From NCBI GenBank assembly GCA_963807165.1, contig CAWDZM010000001.1:289521-353520 (forward strand): a DNA stretch of 64,000 nt. Reading direction: 5' to 3'. Shown piece after piece: positions 8,241 to 19,285 of this stretch. This DNA is from an uncultured bacterium (GTDB lineage: Bacteria; Patescibacteriota; Minisyncoccia; UBA6257; 2-01-FULL-56-20). A program made the translations under genes and the position numbers. The notes under the pieces were generated by a model, which saw only the letters and a program-made list of their open reading frames with translations, had not been told where the DNA came from and ran no database searches. Numbering within the stretch: the stretch's first letter is position 1; the number at the start of each line of letters is the position of its first letter.

Positions 8241-10562
8241 TTATTTCGCCACAGCAACCTCCCCTTCCGGCTCCAGCTTGAGCGACACCACCTTTGAGCT
8301 GCCATCTTCTGCGAGCGTGACGCCGTAGAGGATGTTGGCTGCCTCCATCGTGGCGCGGTTGTGCGTGACGACGATGAACTGCGTGCGTTTGGAGAAATCC
8401 TTGAGCATAGTACCGAAGCGGCGAGCGTTGCGCTCGTCGAGCGGCGCGTCGATCTCGTCGAGCACGAGGAATGGCGGCGGGCTGACGGAGACCATCGCAA
8501 AGAGCGCGGCGATGCCGACCAGCGACCGCTCGCCGCCGGAGAGCATATCGAGCGACGTCGTTTTCTTGCGCGGCAGCTTGATCTCGATATCCACGCCGCC
8601 GTTCTTTTCCTGATAGAGCTCGTCTTCGGTCTGCTCGATAGCATCCTTTACATCGCCACCTTCTGCGCTGTCCTCGTCTTCATCTTCCGCCGTGCGCTCA
8701 CTTTTCGGCTTTAACACTTTTAATTTTGCAGAACCGCCATCGAACATCAGCGCAAAGAATTTGGCGAACTCGTCGTTTATTTTGTGGAGTGATTTATCGA
8801 ACTCGGTTTTTATTTTTTCGTTCAGCTCATGCATAAGCGCGGAAAGATCCGCGACCGCCTTGTTGAGATCCTCTGATTCTTTTATTAAAAATGCGTGGCG
8901 GGTGGCCGTATCCTCGGCTTCCTTCATCAACGCCTGATCCACTTCGCCAATGCTCGCCAAGTCGCCGCGCAAGCGGAAGATGCGATGCTCCATGTCTGCG
9001 AAATTGCCCGCAAAACCTGATAGACCGCTCGCGCCGGCGGAGACAGCGTCAGCAAGCGACGCATCGCGGAATTCCTCCGCTTTGCGGCCGGCCTGGTCTA
9101 CTTGGCGCAAGACCTCGTCGCGACGCAGATCGATACGCTCCTTCTCGAGCAACAATTCACGATTGATCTTTTCCCATGCGTCGAGCTTTCCCTGCGCCTG
9201 CTGAACGTCGGCGACCGCGCCCTTGAACGTGGCATAAAACGTTTCCTGACCGGACTCGAGCTCTTTTTCTTTTGAGCGAAGCGATGTGATGCTCTCTTCA
9301 AGCTCGGCGAGATCCTTCGCCGCCGTCTCAAAATCGCGACGCAAGGATTCCGGCACGGCTGCAGCTGCAGCAGATTTTGTATTGCTCTGCACTTCAACTT
9401 CGCGCGGTTCATCTTTTTCCTCGAGCGCAAACGTGATCTCCTCCAACACCGTTTCGATTGCGGCAAGTATCGCAAGCGGCTCCTCGTCGAGCACGGATTC
9501 CAGCTCTGCCTTTATCTTCTGCAACACATCAATGAAATGTTCCGACGAATGGTCTGCAGATGATGCAGCACCGCGGGCGGCGTTGTTCACCACGGCGTGC
9601 TTTGCCATTTCAATCTGCGCCTCAATGCGCCCAACATCCTTTTGCACCTTGCTCCGCGCATCCATCAGCGCCGTCACCTCATCTTTTATCTTCGCCAAGC
9701 GCTTGCGCTCCTCCGGCTGGCTTTCTTCGATCGCCACCTGGCGCGTCTCCGCCGCGCGCTTTTCTTTTTCTAAAATTTCGTACTGTGTGGTGTGCCCCGC
9801 GATGCGCGACTCCACCTGCTCGCCCTTCGCGCGCAACTCATGGAGTTGCGAACCGAAGAACTGGTTCTCGAGCGAGCGCAATTCTTCTTCGAGCGCCCCG
9901 CGGCGTTCCCACCGGCTCGTCTGGCGCTTGAGCGATCGTAAATGCGGCTCTATCTCTTCGACGAGCGCCGTTACTTTGTCAAGATTTATTTTACTGTTTT
10001 TTAATCTCCGCTCAGCGTCAGCTTTTTTGATCTGATATTCGCGCAAGCCCAAAATTTCCTCTATCATTTCGCGACGCTCAAGCGGCGTGGAACGGATAAA
10101 AAGATCGCTATCCCCTTGTCCAATGATGATAAGCCCCTTGGAGCCCAACCGCGCCTTCGCCAAAAAATCGATGAGGTCGCGGAGTAAGATCTCTGACTTA
10201 TTCAAATAATATTTACTTGCACCGTCGCGCGAGATCTGGCGCGAAACGACGACTTCCTCAAAATCCACCGGAAAAAATTTATTCTTGTTCTCAAAATATA
10301 AACTTGCCTGCGCCATGCCGACGCGGGCGCGCTTCTGCGTGCCGGCAAAGATCAAATCCTCCACCTTTGCGCCACGCAAATTCTTTGCATCACGCTCGCC
10401 GAGCAACCATCGCAACGCATCCACGATATTCGATTTGCCGGAACCGTTTGGCCCCACGACCGCCACGATCCCCGCCGGAAATTCCAAAACGGTCTTTCCC
10501 GCAAAGGATTTGAATCCGTTCAGTTCGAGCCGTTTGAGAAAGTGGGATTCGGAAGATGACAT
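8241..10562 (-). CDS. smc: SMC-family chromosome segregation ATPase, short (773 aa)
   Basis: LNGFKSF, GPNGSGKSN, LSGGE, LDEIDAPLD, FIVVTHN; adjacent to rnc. Confidence 0.88.
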   Translation of the reverse strand: MSSSESHFLKRLELNGFKSFAGKTVLEFPAGIVAVVGPNGSGKSNIVDALRWLLGERDAKNLRGAKVEDLIFAGTQKRARVGMAQASLYFENKNKFFPVDFEEVVVSRQISRDGASKYYLNKSEILLRDLIDFLAKARLGSKGLIIIGQGDSDLFIRSTPLERREMIEEILGLREYQIKKADAERRLKNSKINLDKVTALVEEIEPHLRSLKRQTSRWERRGALEEELRSLENQFFGSQLHELRAKGEQVESRIAGHTTQYEILEKEKRAAETRQVAIEESQPEERKRLAKIKDEVTALMDARSKVQKDVGRIEAQIEMAKHAVVNNAARGAASSADHSSEHFIDVLQKIKAELESVLDEEPLAILAAIETVLEEITFALEEKDEPREVEVQSNTKSAAAAAVPESLRRDFETAAKDLAELEESITSLRSKEKELESGQETFYATFKGAVADVQQAQGKLDAWEKINRELLLEKERIDLRRDEVLRQVDQAGRKAEEFRDASLADAVSAGASGLSGFAGNFADMEHRIFRLRGDLASIGEVDQALMKEAEDTATRHAFLIKESEDLNKAVADLSALMHELNEKIKTEFDKSLHKINDEFAKFFALMFDGGSAKLKVLKPKSERTAEDEDEDSAEGGDVKDAIEQTEDELYQEKNGGVDIEIKLPRKKTTSLDMLSGGERSLVGIAALFAMVSVSPPPFLVLDEIDAPLDERNARRFGTMLKDFSKRTQFIVVTHNRATMEAANILYGVTLAEDGSSKVVSLKLEPEGEVAVAK

Positions 10563-10593
10563 GATAAAAATTCGCCGGGATTATTTTGCAGGC

Positions 10594-11280
10594 CTATTTG
10601 TGTTTCTTCAGCGCGTTCTTTGCCGCCTCGAGCTCGGCCTCCTGTTTTGAGGGACCGCTCCCATTCGCGATCAGCTTGTCACCATAATAGACGCCCATCG
10701 TAAAAATGCGCTTGTGTGCCGGGCCCACCTCATCGATCATCTGATACGTCGGCGTCAGCTTAAATTTTTCCTGCACCATTTCCTGCAACTCGCTCTTTGC
10801 ATCCTTATACGTTTTATTTTTCAACACCCCGTCGAGATTGCTCATCACGAAATCGTGCACGAACGGCCGCATCTTTTCAAACCCTTGATCGAGATAGATC
10901 GCGCCGATCAGCGCTTCCATCGCATTCGCAAGAATGACCTCGCGCGCCTTGCCGGTGTCCTTCTTTTCGCCGCGCGACATCAAAATAAATTTCTGCATGC
11001 CAAGTTTTTCAGCGACCTTCGCGAGGATCTGATAGTTCACCAGCGCAGCGCGAAACACCGTCAGCTGACCTTCCGGTTCTTTGGGAAATTTCTTAAAGAG
11101 CTCCTCGGAGACGAGGAGTTCGAGCACAGCATCACCCAAATATTCCAAACGCTCATTGTGCGGCAACGGCCAGCGCGGATATTCGTTGAGGTATGAACGG
11201 TGCGTGAGTGCCTCCGTCAAAAGATCCTTATTGATAAACGTGATCCCAATATTTTTTTCTAGTTCGTCTGATGATGCCAT
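10594..11280 (-). CDS. rnc: Ribonuclease III
   Basis: ALTHRSY, NERLEYLGDAVL, dsRBD KSELQE. Confidence 0.96.
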   Translation of the reverse strand: MASSDELEKNIGITFINKDLLTEALTHRSYLNEYPRWPLPHNERLEYLGDAVLELLVSEELFKKFPKEPEGQLTVFRAALVNYQILAKVAEKLGMQKFILMSRGEKKDTGKAREVILANAMEALIGAIYLDQGFEKMRPFVHDFVMSNLDGVLKNKTYKDAKSELQEMVQEKFKLTPTYQMIDEVGPAHKRIFTMGVYYGDKLIANGSGPSKQEAELEAAKNALKKHK

Positions 11281-11708
11281 TATGATGCAGCGGGTACTTT
11301 CTCCCGATAGACCGTTCCCAACACGCCGTTGATGAACCGCGCGGCGTTCGGACCTCCATAGTTTTTTGCAAGCTCGATCGATTCGTTGATGGCAACTTTC
11401 GGCGGCACTTCATTCGGATCCGCGTAGAGCAACTCATAGAGACCGATGCGCAAAATATTGCGATCGATCACCGCGATCTTTTCGAGCGGCCATTCCGGCG
11501 CGGCGCGACGGATGACAGCATCGATATCTTTCAGATGCACGGCCACGCCCTGCAAGATCTTCCAGCCGAACTCCGGCTCATCAACGCCCGGCGCAAACTC
11601 CGCCATGTTGCGCTCAAGAATGTCGGTGATGTCCTTTTTTTGATTATAAAAATCCCACTCGTAGAGTGACTGCAGGACGACGGTTCGGATTAAGTGCCGT
11701 GTGGCCAT
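11280..11708 (-). CDS. nusB: Transcription antitermination factor NusB
   Basis: [28 protein letters not shown]. Confidence 0.95.
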   Translation of the reverse strand: MATRHLIRTVVLQSLYEWDFYNQKKDITDILERNMAEFAPGVDEPEFGWKILQGVAVHLKDIDAVIRRAAPEWPLEKIAVIDRNILRIGLYELLYADPNEVPPKVAINESIELAKNYGGPNAARFINGVLGTVYREKVPAAS

Positions 11709-11760
11709 GATTAGGAAAGAACAATTTCTGCAAAGAGCGACTGCTTCATAGTGCTATGTG

Positions 11761-11913
11761 TTACATTTTTCCGCACTGCGCGCATGTCCGATGCGCGACC
11801 CGCGGTGCTCCGCAATTTTTGCAGACCAATAACTTGCGCTTCTTCATCGCGAGATGCGAGCGCCGGTTTCCGGTCTTACTCCTGGTATGATGCTTAGTTG
11901 GTACGCCACCCAT
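11761..11913 (-). CDS. rpmF: 50S ribosomal protein L32 (Zn-binding form)
   Basis: Manual: MGGVPTKHHTRSKTGNRRSH...CKNCGAPRVAHRTCAQCGKM. Confidence 0.9.
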   Translation of the reverse strand: MGGVPTKHHTRSKTGNRRSHLAMKKRKLLVCKNCGAPRVAHRTCAQCGKM

Positions 11914-11933
11914 AAAAATGATTAAAAGTTAAT

Positions 11934-12590
11934 TTATCTGTTCATTTTAGGACGCGGGGCCAAAAAAGTCAACCGGTGCGCGGCGCACGGGCCATTTTTC
12001 TTGAGCGCCCGCATGTGGGCGGCGGTGCCATAGCCCTTATGGATATTAAAGCCGTATTGCGGATATTGCTTAACCAACCGGACCATACACCGATCGCGCG
12101 ACACCTTGGCGATGATAGATGCTGCGGCGACCGCGGGAAATTTCTCGTCCGCTTTGATAACTGTCCTGGCGTTGATCCTCTCTTTCATGCCCGGCATGAC
12201 AGCTTTTTGTTGACGCACCTTACTCCCGATGTACAGCCCGCCGTCGAGATACACCTCCGTACCTCGCGGCATTTTATGTTTTTTTAATAATCGCAAAAGG
12301 GCGCTCTCCGCGGCGCGGTTCGCAGCGGCGGAAATATTCAAGCGCTCTATCCCGCGCGGGTATACACGCGCCAGCGCAAAATATACGCCGGGGCTAGCTC
12401 GAAGCTCCTTCGCCAAAATCTCCCGCCGCGGCGCGGAGAGTTTTTTAGAATCTTTTAATGCGCGGAACGGGGCGTGCGCAACGCGGCCGCGTGAGTCGAG
12501 CGTGAGCGCGGCGGCGGCGACCACCACCGGCCCTGCCAACGCGCCACGCCCCACTTCATCGATGCCGATCATCCACGTTACCCGCGACAT
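11934..12590 (-). CDS. rnhB: Ribonuclease HII
   Basis: GIDEVGRGALAGPVV, DSKKLS, AASIIAKVSRD, HKGYGT. Confidence 0.95.
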   Translation of the reverse strand: MSRVTWMIGIDEVGRGALAGPVVVAAAALTLDSRGRVAHAPFRALKDSKKLSAPRREILAKELRASPGVYFALARVYPRGIERLNISAAANRAAESALLRLLKKHKMPRGTEVYLDGGLYIGSKVRQQKAVMPGMKERINARTVIKADEKFPAVAAASIIAKVSRDRCMVRLVKQYPQYGFNIHKGYGTAAHMRALKKNGPCAAHRLTFLAPRPKMNR

Positions 12591-13045
12591 CAAAAACTCG
12601 TTCCTGTTCCCAAATTATTTACATCACTAATGGACTGCTGAACATATCCCTGCAATTGAACAATACTCCACCAGAAAAAAATAATGCTTGAAATAATAAG
12701 CAATGCAAGAGCAATATATCCTATCTGTTTCGCTCGCGGATCCACAGAGCGCATATATTTAATCCCCTGCCATTTAGTAATCGCAAGATAAAAAATTATG
12801 GGGAGCACGATACTAAAACCATAGAGCAACAGCTGATCCATAACGCCGGTGCCGAGCGGAGCCTCAGTCAGTTTGGCGCCGCAGTTGGGACAGAAATAAT
12901 ATTCCGGCTTTACGGGAAAATGACATTGCGGGCATATCTGCGGTCCAAAAGTCGTCGGTTCCATAACAGGAACGGCGGGAGTAGAGACCGGCGTCTGCAT
13001 AGGCGATTGAGATGGCGGCTGCGGCGGCAACGGTATTTCATCCAT
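12590..13045 (-). CDS. Zinc-ribbon membrane protein
   Basis: Pro-rich N-terminus, CPQC..FCPNCG, two TM segments. Confidence 0.75.
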   Translation of the reverse strand: MDEIPLPPQPPSQSPMQTPVSTPAVPVMEPTTFGPQICPQCHFPVKPEYYFCPNCGAKLTEAPLGTGVMDQLLLYGFSIVLPIIFYLAITKWQGIKYMRSVDPRAKQIGYIALALLIISSIIFFWWSIVQLQGYVQQSISDVNNLGTGTSF

Positions 13046-13223
13046 ATAAATTTATTCTACCATTTTTACCGCCGCAGCCGCCAAAATCTAATGTGGTCGG
13101 CGTACCTCTGCCGTCTTTAAATGCGGCAGTTCGCGATACGAAGCCGACGGCCTGTTCTCAAAAAAAAGCCCGCGCGATCTGGTTGGATCGTACGGGCAAG
13201 ACGGGAGAACAGGAGTGCAATGC

Positions 13224-14081
13224 TTATTGCTTAAGTGATTCGCTCGGCGCGGGCATGAGGGTCGGGATCGGAGCTGACCCCGGTTTTTCCAATGAGACGT
13301 CAGCGGGTTGCTGACCATCTTTGCGCGCCTGGTCGAAGTTCAGCGCGATATGCGTCACGTGACCGGCGCGCACCGCAACGGACATAGCAATTTCTTGTCC
13401 GCCCTTGATCCTGACGGTGATGTCATGGTCTCCAGGTCCGAGGAGTAATACTTTACCCCTCCCCAAACCGGAAAAGTTTTTTACCCGGCCGTTTGTGGCG
13501 CCATCTCCATCGAGAAGGACGTTTCCATTTTCCACAGCCTTCCGCTCATCCTTCGGAATCTGGTCGAGGTCAAACTTGATACCCGACAGATCAGAAGGTT
13601 CTCCAACGGAGTATTGGTAACCATATCCATAGGATCCGTAGTACCAGAACCCTGGATAGAATCCCATAGAGTAATACCAGCCGGGGCCGTACGACACTCC
13701 CCAGAAGAATCCGCCGGGCCACCATCCGCGATGATGGAATGTTCCCGTAGCAACATAATTGCCGTTGCCATGGAATTCATTCACGGGGCGGTTGGTGACG
13801 AACGTTCTCGGAGAGACGCTGGCGTTATTCCTTGGTTGGTTGTGGCCGCGAGGGATCGCTTGATTCCTCGGTTGGTTGTGGTTGCTGTTGCTGTGGTTGC
13901 TGTTGTTGCGTGGCGCGCGGACAGTATTGCCGGCGCTTCTTGTAGCGCCGCCTGTGCTTCGCGCACCACCGCCGCTCGATGAAGATCCGCCGCGGGATCC
14001 GCCACCACCGCGCTGCGCCTCTGCCGCGAACGGCAGAAGAGCGAGCAATGTCACCATTACCGCAATCATTCTGATTTTCAT
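13224..14081 (-). CDS. Secreted Gly/Asn-rich protein with a C-terminal PEGA-like beta domain
   Basis: Signal peptide (AEA/Q), low-complexity linker, aromatic-rich segment, V.LDG...L.PG.H.I.V motif. Confidence 0.65.
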   Translation of the reverse strand: MKIRMIAVMVTLLALLPFAAEAQRGGGGSRGGSSSSGGGARSTGGATRSAGNTVRAPRNNSNHSNSNHNQPRNQAIPRGHNQPRNNASVSPRTFVTNRPVNEFHGNGNYVATGTFHHRGWWPGGFFWGVSYGPGWYYSMGFYPGFWYYGSYGYGYQYSVGEPSDLSGIKFDLDQIPKDERKAVENGNVLLDGDGATNGRVKNFSGLGRGKVLLLGPGDHDITVRIKGGQEIAMSVAVRAGHVTHIALNFDQARKDGQQPADVSLEKPGSAPIPTLMPAPSESLKQ

Positions 14082-14328
14082 AACCCCTTCACTGCCTTTG
14101 TGATGTTCTTCGCTTCTGAGGTGCTTTACGGCTTTGTCTGGTTATTACTCACAGTTCTTGGATCTGTTTTCCAGTTCTATTTTTGAAACAATTCCGCATG
14201 GGTCTGCATACCGAATATTCGGCGAAAGCGCCGGGAACCAATCCGTCGGTTGCACAATATCCTTTTACGATTGATATGTGCAGGGTTAGAGAAGTAAAAA
14301 TAGAATGGATGACTTTTTCCGCGCGCTG

Positions 14329-14402
14329 TGCCCCCACCTGGATTTGAACCAGGGACCATCTCCTTAAAAGGGAGCTGCTCTACCAGACTGAGCTATAGGG
14401 GC
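14329..14402 (-). tRNA. tRNA-Lys(TTT)
   Basis: GCCCCTATAGCTCAG...CTTTTAA...GGTTCAAATCC..GGGGGCA cloverleaf. Confidence 0.95.
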
Positions 14403-14454
14403 AATTCCTGCTAATAGTAGTGAAAATCGTCAGAAATTTCAACCGGGCGTGGCG

Positions 14455-14838
14455 TTATTTTCTTTTCGCGCGATATTCGTTCTTAATCTTGAGATACGCC
14501 TCCTGCGTTCCATGCTCACTTTTATTTTTTCGCATAAGCCGTGCAGGATATTTTTTCTTAACGCGCGCGAGCTTCGCGCGGATGATCTTTTCGGAATCAA
14601 GATCCAACAACACCGCCATCTCGATTGCATATAAGAACACGTCGGCAAGCTCGCCTTTCAGTTTTTCCAATTTCTCCTTATCTTTTTTTGTGCCTTCGAT
14701 ATCCAAACTCTGCCACTGGAAAAGTTCCAGTAGTTCGGCGGCTTCGATTGATATGGACTTTGCAATATCGGACGGGCGAAGCATGTGCCAATTTCTCGCC
14801 TTTAGATACGCCTTGATGTCTTTCTCTAATTTCTTCAT
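14455..14838 (-). CDS. MazG-like nucleotide pyrophosphohydrolase
   Basis: SISIEAAELLELFQW, ELADV, KKYP. Confidence 0.88.
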   Translation of the reverse strand: MKKLEKDIKAYLKARNWHMLRPSDIAKSISIEAAELLELFQWQSLDIEGTKKDKEKLEKLKGELADVFLYAIEMAVLLDLDSEKIIRAKLARVKKKYPARLMRKNKSEHGTQEAYLKIKNEYRAKRK

Positions 14839-14847
14839 GCCTGTTTA

Positions 14848-15258
14848 TTATGCCTTCTTACGGAACACCGTCAAGCCGGCGCGTTTTGAGTAGCCACACT
14901 TTGCGGCGAACGCGAAGTTTTTGCGCTCAGTTTCAAAATAGATCGATGTGCCCTTCACCGCCGCGGCAAGCTTCTTCATCATCGCCTGCCCCAACCCCTG
15001 GCGCTGATATTCCGGCGTGATGATAAGATCGAGCACTTTCGTATCAATCGCAAAGTCGGAGAGCGCGCGGCCGATGGCGACGAGCTCGCCGTCGGCGTTC
15101 CGCGCGGAGACGACAATATCGCACTGCGCAAGCGAGTGCTTCATGCGCTCTGCAGAATATTGCTTCATCGTCCCCCAACCGAGCTCTCTATAGAGCGCCG
15201 CCGCCTCGGCGGGCTTCACCATTTTTTTATCGGTCGAAATAATAATGCCACGCTCCAT
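14848..15258 (-). CDS. GNAT acetyltransferase
   Basis: PEYQRQGLGQ acetyl-CoA motif. Confidence 0.85.
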   Translation of the reverse strand: MERGIIISTDKKMVKPAEAAALYRELGWGTMKQYSAERMKHSLAQCDIVVSARNADGELVAIGRALSDFAIDTKVLDLIITPEYQRQGLGQAMMKKLAAAVKGTSIYFETERKNFAFAAKCGYSKRAGLTVFRKKA

Positions 15259-15278
15259 AAAAATCGTACTGAAAAAAA

Positions 15279-16343
15279 TTACTGTTCTTTTTCAAGCTTC
15301 TCCAACAATTCTTTTTCCTTCGAACCCGGCTTCTTCGGCGCCTTGATCACAAAACTGACGAGTAAGTCGCCGCGCGCGCGAGAACCGATGTGCGGCATGC
15401 CCTGCCCGCTGATCCGTAAATGTTCCTTAAGATTGAACCCTGCCGGAATCTCCACCGTGATCGTGCCGCCGGAGATGACCGGCACCGCGATCGCTTTGCC
15501 GAGGAGCACATCAATCAATTTGAGTTCCTTCGTGACAATAAGATCACTGCCATGCCGTGCGAACGCGGCGCTCGGGCGCACGCGCACGCGCACGTAAAGA
15601 TCACCCGCAGCAGTACCGCGCTCACCAGCCTCGCCCATCCCCTTCACTTTAATGATCTGGTTGTCGTCGATGCCCGCCATGATGTCGATCTTGATCTCGC
15701 AATCGGATTCCACACGGCCGGCGCCGCGGCACGTGGCGCACGGTTTTTTTGGCACCTCGCCCGCGCCATGACACTGTGCGCACGTCTTCACCTGCGAGAA
15801 GCTGCCGAAAAATGTCCGGCGTTGTTCGCGCACCTGACCTTGGCCGTCGCACGTGGAACATTTTTCAAAACCACTGCCCGGTTCCGCGCCTTTGCCGCCG
15901 CACTTTGCGCAATGCACCAACGTCCTCAGGCGCACCGTCTTCACCGTGCCGGCGAATGCTTCCTCCAGCGTGATCTGCTCTTGCATCTCAAGATCGGAAC
16001 CCTTTTCGTACGTCTTGCGACGCGGCTGCCCGCCGCCAAAAAAACTTTCGAAGATGTCGCCGAAATCACCCATATCGCCAAACTGCGACGGATCGAAACC
16101 GCCAAAGCCGCCGCCTGCGCCGCCGAATCCTCCCATCGGATCCGCCGTGCCAAAGCGATCGTATTGCGCACGCTTATTTTTATCCGAAAGCACCTGGTAC
16201 GCCTCGTTGATCTCCTTGAACTTCGCCTCATTACCACCGGCCTTATCCGGATGGTGCTGATGAGCCATTTTGCGATACGCCTTTTTGACCTCCTCCTCCG
16301 AGGCAGTTTTTGCTATCCCTAAAATGGTGTAATAATCCTTCAT
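15279..16343 (-). CDS. dnaJ: Chaperone DnaJ
   Basis: J domain HPD, G/F region, four CxxCxGxG repeats. Confidence 0.96.
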   Translation of the reverse strand: MKDYYTILGIAKTASEEEVKKAYRKMAHQHHPDKAGGNEAKFKEINEAYQVLSDKNKRAQYDRFGTADPMGGFGGAGGGFGGFDPSQFGDMGDFGDIFESFFGGGQPRRKTYEKGSDLEMQEQITLEEAFAGTVKTVRLRTLVHCAKCGGKGAEPGSGFEKCSTCDGQGQVREQRRTFFGSFSQVKTCAQCHGAGEVPKKPCATCRGAGRVESDCEIKIDIMAGIDDNQIIKVKGMGEAGERGTAAGDLYVRVRVRPSAAFARHGSDLIVTKELKLIDVLLGKAIAVPVISGGTITVEIPAGFNLKEHLRISGQGMPHIGSRARGDLLVSFVIKAPKKPGSKEKELLEKLEKEQ

Positions 16344-16361
16344 TACCTTTTTCTAAAAAAA

Positions 16362-17405
16362 TTAGTAGCCGAGAATTTCGCGCTGGCGCGTTTCTTCGGA
16401 TATTTTCATAAAGCCCGACGCGAGCAGGATCTCATAAAAGATGAGCGAAACAAATTGCGCGAGCCACACAAAAAGGATACCGAGCGTGCGCAAACCGATA
16501 AAGAGCACCGTCACCCAGCCAATATCGAACCATCCCGAAGACTGGCTCTGCCATGCATTCAGCACTCCGTCGAGAACATTATAGAACGCATCGCTCGTGG
16601 GAGACGATGTGGCGACGGGCTGTATCGCACTCTGAAGAAAGCTCTGCGTGAACTGCGCCGTCTCCTGTTGCACCGCGGCATTCTGTTGCGCAGCGCTCAA
16701 GCTTTGAAAGCTGGGATTATTTGCGAGCTCCATCTCCGAAACGCTTTGCGCAAAGTTGCCGAACGAACCGTTCAATGAAAGTTCCGGGTAGAATCCATTC
16801 ACCAAGCCAGAGGTCCAATCAAAAAATGTGCGGAAGCTTTGCCGCGAGATCACAAGCGCATTGCCGCCGATCTGTGGAACATACGCAAGGATCATAAAGA
16901 GCAATACTGCGGTCGTAAACTTGCCGAGCATATCCCCGCTCACACCGAAGAATGGCACCTGGATCGCATTCTGCATGCGCCCGTGCGCAGAAAAATGTCC
17001 CCACACCAACATGATCAACATGATGAGCCCGATGATTCCGAGCACACGCGCATCATCCTTCCAAAAGAAGCAAAGCATCGCTGCCGTTTCAAGAACGATA
17101 ATGAAGAAACTCCGCCATCCACTTTTTGAGAGGAAGACCTCCATGACGGATGCAACGCCAAAGAACATCACCGCGGCGAGCAGAAGCCACACCGAAACTC
17201 CTTGTGTAAGATAGCGGTAATAGAGATAGCCAAAGAGCGTAGCGGAAAGCACCGCCACCGCATCAAGCGCAAGCGTGCGCCAAAACCCCGCGCCGCGCGG
17301 GGCAGAGGTGTCGATCTTAGACTGATCGATCAGGTTCTGGTCCTGCCCCACCGGACTCACCGGTTGGCGCTGATCCGTCCCCGCCATTATCGCTTTGAGG
17401 TCCAT
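16362..17405 (-). CDS. Polytopic membrane protein, unknown function
   Basis: About 7 hydrophobic segments; ATG 17405 preceded by TATAAT at 7 nt; overlaps the dnaK 3' end. Confidence 0.7.
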   Translation of the reverse strand: MDLKAIMAGTDQRQPVSPVGQDQNLIDQSKIDTSAPRGAGFWRTLALDAVAVLSATLFGYLYYRYLTQGVSVWLLLAAVMFFGVASVMEVFLSKSGWRSFFIIVLETAAMLCFFWKDDARVLGIIGLIMLIMLVWGHFSAHGRMQNAIQVPFFGVSGDMLGKFTTAVLLFMILAYVPQIGGNALVISRQSFRTFFDWTSGLVNGFYPELSLNGSFGNFAQSVSEMELANNPSFQSLSAAQQNAAVQQETAQFTQSFLQSAIQPVATSSPTSDAFYNVLDGVLNAWQSQSSGWFDIGWVTVLFIGLRTLGILFVWLAQFVSLIFYEILLASGFMKISEETRQREILGY

Positions 17406-19269
17406 TGGTATTATTATACGCCGCTTGTCCGATCTTTTGTATCTCCGTCGAAAGTGCTTCAATCGCGGATTTGATCGCCGCTTCATCTTCACCGTCCTTT
17501 ACCGCCTTGAGTGCTGTCAATTTTTCTTCAATACCCGCTTTGATATCCGCAGGCAATTTATCTCCCGCATCCTTAACGGATTTCTCTGCAAGGTACACGA
17601 TCGACTCCGCCTGATTGCGCACTTCAATGAGCGCCTTCTTTTTTTCATCTTCCACCGCATGCTCAGCGGCATCCTTTTTCAATTTTTCAATTTCTTCTTT
17701 AGAAAGATTGCTTGACGCCTCCACTTTAACGGACTGCACCTTGCCGCTCGCCTTATCTTTTGCCGAGACGTTCAAGATGCCGTTCGCGTCGATGTCGAAC
17801 GTGACCTCCACCTGCGGAATGCCACGCGGCGACGGCGGGATACCATCGAGAATGAACTTCGCGAGCGTCTTATTGTCGCCGGCCATCGGACGCTCGCCTT
17901 GCAACACATGTACCTCCACGGACGTCTGGTTGTCCGCGGCCGTGCTGAACACCTGCGACTTTGCCGTCGGCACCGTCGTGTTCTTTGGGATCATCGGCGT
18001 CGCAACGCCGCCATAGGTTTCAATACTCAAGCCCAATGGCGTGACATCGAGTAAAAGAATATCCTTCACTTCGCCTTCCGTCTTGCGACCCTCCGCCTTC
18101 GCGGCGAGGATCTCTCCCTGAATACCCGCGCCGAGCGCCACCACCTCATCCGGATTAATTCCCTGATGCGGTTCCTTGCCGAACAACGCCTTCACCGCAT
18201 CCTGCATCGCTGGCATACGCGTCTGTCCGCCGACGAGGATCACTTCCGCAATCTCGCTCAATTGATATCCGGCGCCCTTCGGCGCGGGCGATGTTACCGT
18301 CTCCTTCGTCAACTGAATCGAGCGGTCGATATATTCCTGGACGAGATCAACGAGCTTCGCGCGTGTCATCTTAATCTGGAAATGCTTCGGCCCGTTTGCG
18401 TCACTCGAAATGTATGGGATGTTGATCTCTGTTTCCACCGCAGTCGAGAGCTCATGCTTCGCGCGCTCGGCGGCTTCCTTCAACCGCTGAACCGCAAGCG
18501 GATCCTTCGAGATATCGATGCCTTCCTGCTTTTTATACTCACCCACCAAATATTCTTGGATTTTTTTGTCGAAGTCGTCGCCGCCGAGGTGCGTGTCGCC
18601 GCCGGTCGCGCGAACTTCTACCGTCTGCTCTTTTGATTCGGCATCATATCCCATTTCCAAAACAGACACGTCGAATGTGCCTCCCCCGAAATCGTAGACG
18701 ACGATCTTCTGGTTCTTTTCTTTGTTCACGCCATACGCGAACGCGGCTGCCGTCGGCTCGTTCAAGATGCGATCCACTTTCAAGCCCGCGATCTCGCCGG
18801 CGTTCTTCGTCGCCTGGCGCTGGGAATCGTCAAAGTATGCAGGCACGGTGATCACCGCTTCGGTGATTTTCTCGCCGAGCTTTGCTTCGGCATCAGCCTT
18901 CAACTTGCTCAGAATGAATGCGGAAATCTCTTCCGGCGAAAACCATTTGTCGCCCATCTTCACTTCCACGCCGCCCGTCGCGCCCGCGCGGATTTCGTAC
19001 GGCAACCACGCTTTATCGCGCTGGACCTCCGGATCCGTAAACTTGCGACCGATCAAGCGCTTGACTGAAAAGATCGTGTTCGTCGGATTCGTTACCGACT
19101 GCCGCTTCGCGAGCAATCCCACCAGCCGCTCCCCGCCTTTTGAGAGCGCCACGATCGAAGGCGTCGTGCGATTGCCCTCGGCGTTTTCCAAAATCTGCAA
19201 CTCGCCGTTCTTCATGACGGAGACGGCAGAGTTCGTTGTTCCCAAATCTATTCCTATAATTTTTGCCAT
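17317..19269 (-). CDS. dnaK: Chaperone DnaK
   Basis: [43 protein letters not shown]. Confidence 0.97.
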   Translation of the reverse strand: MAKIIGIDLGTTNSAVSVMKNGELQILENAEGNRTTPSIVALSKGGERLVGLLAKRQSVTNPTNTIFSVKRLIGRKFTDPEVQRDKAWLPYEIRAGATGGVEVKMGDKWFSPEEISAFILSKLKADAEAKLGEKITEAVITVPAYFDDSQRQATKNAGEIAGLKVDRILNEPTAAAFAYGVNKEKNQKIVVYDFGGGTFDVSVLEMGYDAESKEQTVEVRATGGDTHLGGDDFDKKIQEYLVGEYKKQEGIDISKDPLAVQRLKEAAERAKHELSTAVETEINIPYISSDANGPKHFQIKMTRAKLVDLVQEYIDRSIQLTKETVTSPAPKGAGYQLSEIAEVILVGGQTRMPAMQDAVKALFGKEPHQGINPDEVVALGAGIQGEILAAKAEGRKTEGEVKDILLLDVTPLGLSIETYGGVATPMIPKNTTVPTAKSQVFSTAADNQTSVEVHVLQGERPMAGDNKTLAKFILDGIPPSPRGIPQVEVTFDIDANGILNVSAKDKASGKVQSVKVEASSNLSKEEIEKLKKDAAEHAVEDEKKKALIEVRNQAESIVYLAEKSVKDAGDKLPADIKAGIEEKLTALKAVKDGEDEAAIKSAIEALSTEIQKIGQAAYNNTNGPQSDNGGDGSAPTGESGGAGPEPDRSV

Positions 19270-19285
19270 ATTATTTTTATAATGA

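Noticed and set aside
13096-13150. Fifth copy of the fold-back core
   Set aside because: Nested hairpin present but the fixed loops and long arms are absent; too degenerate to assign
14150-14280. Possible riboswitch upstream of the PEGA-like gene
   Set aside because: Only short hairpins; no convincing match to c-di-GMP or other aptamer consensus on the coding strand
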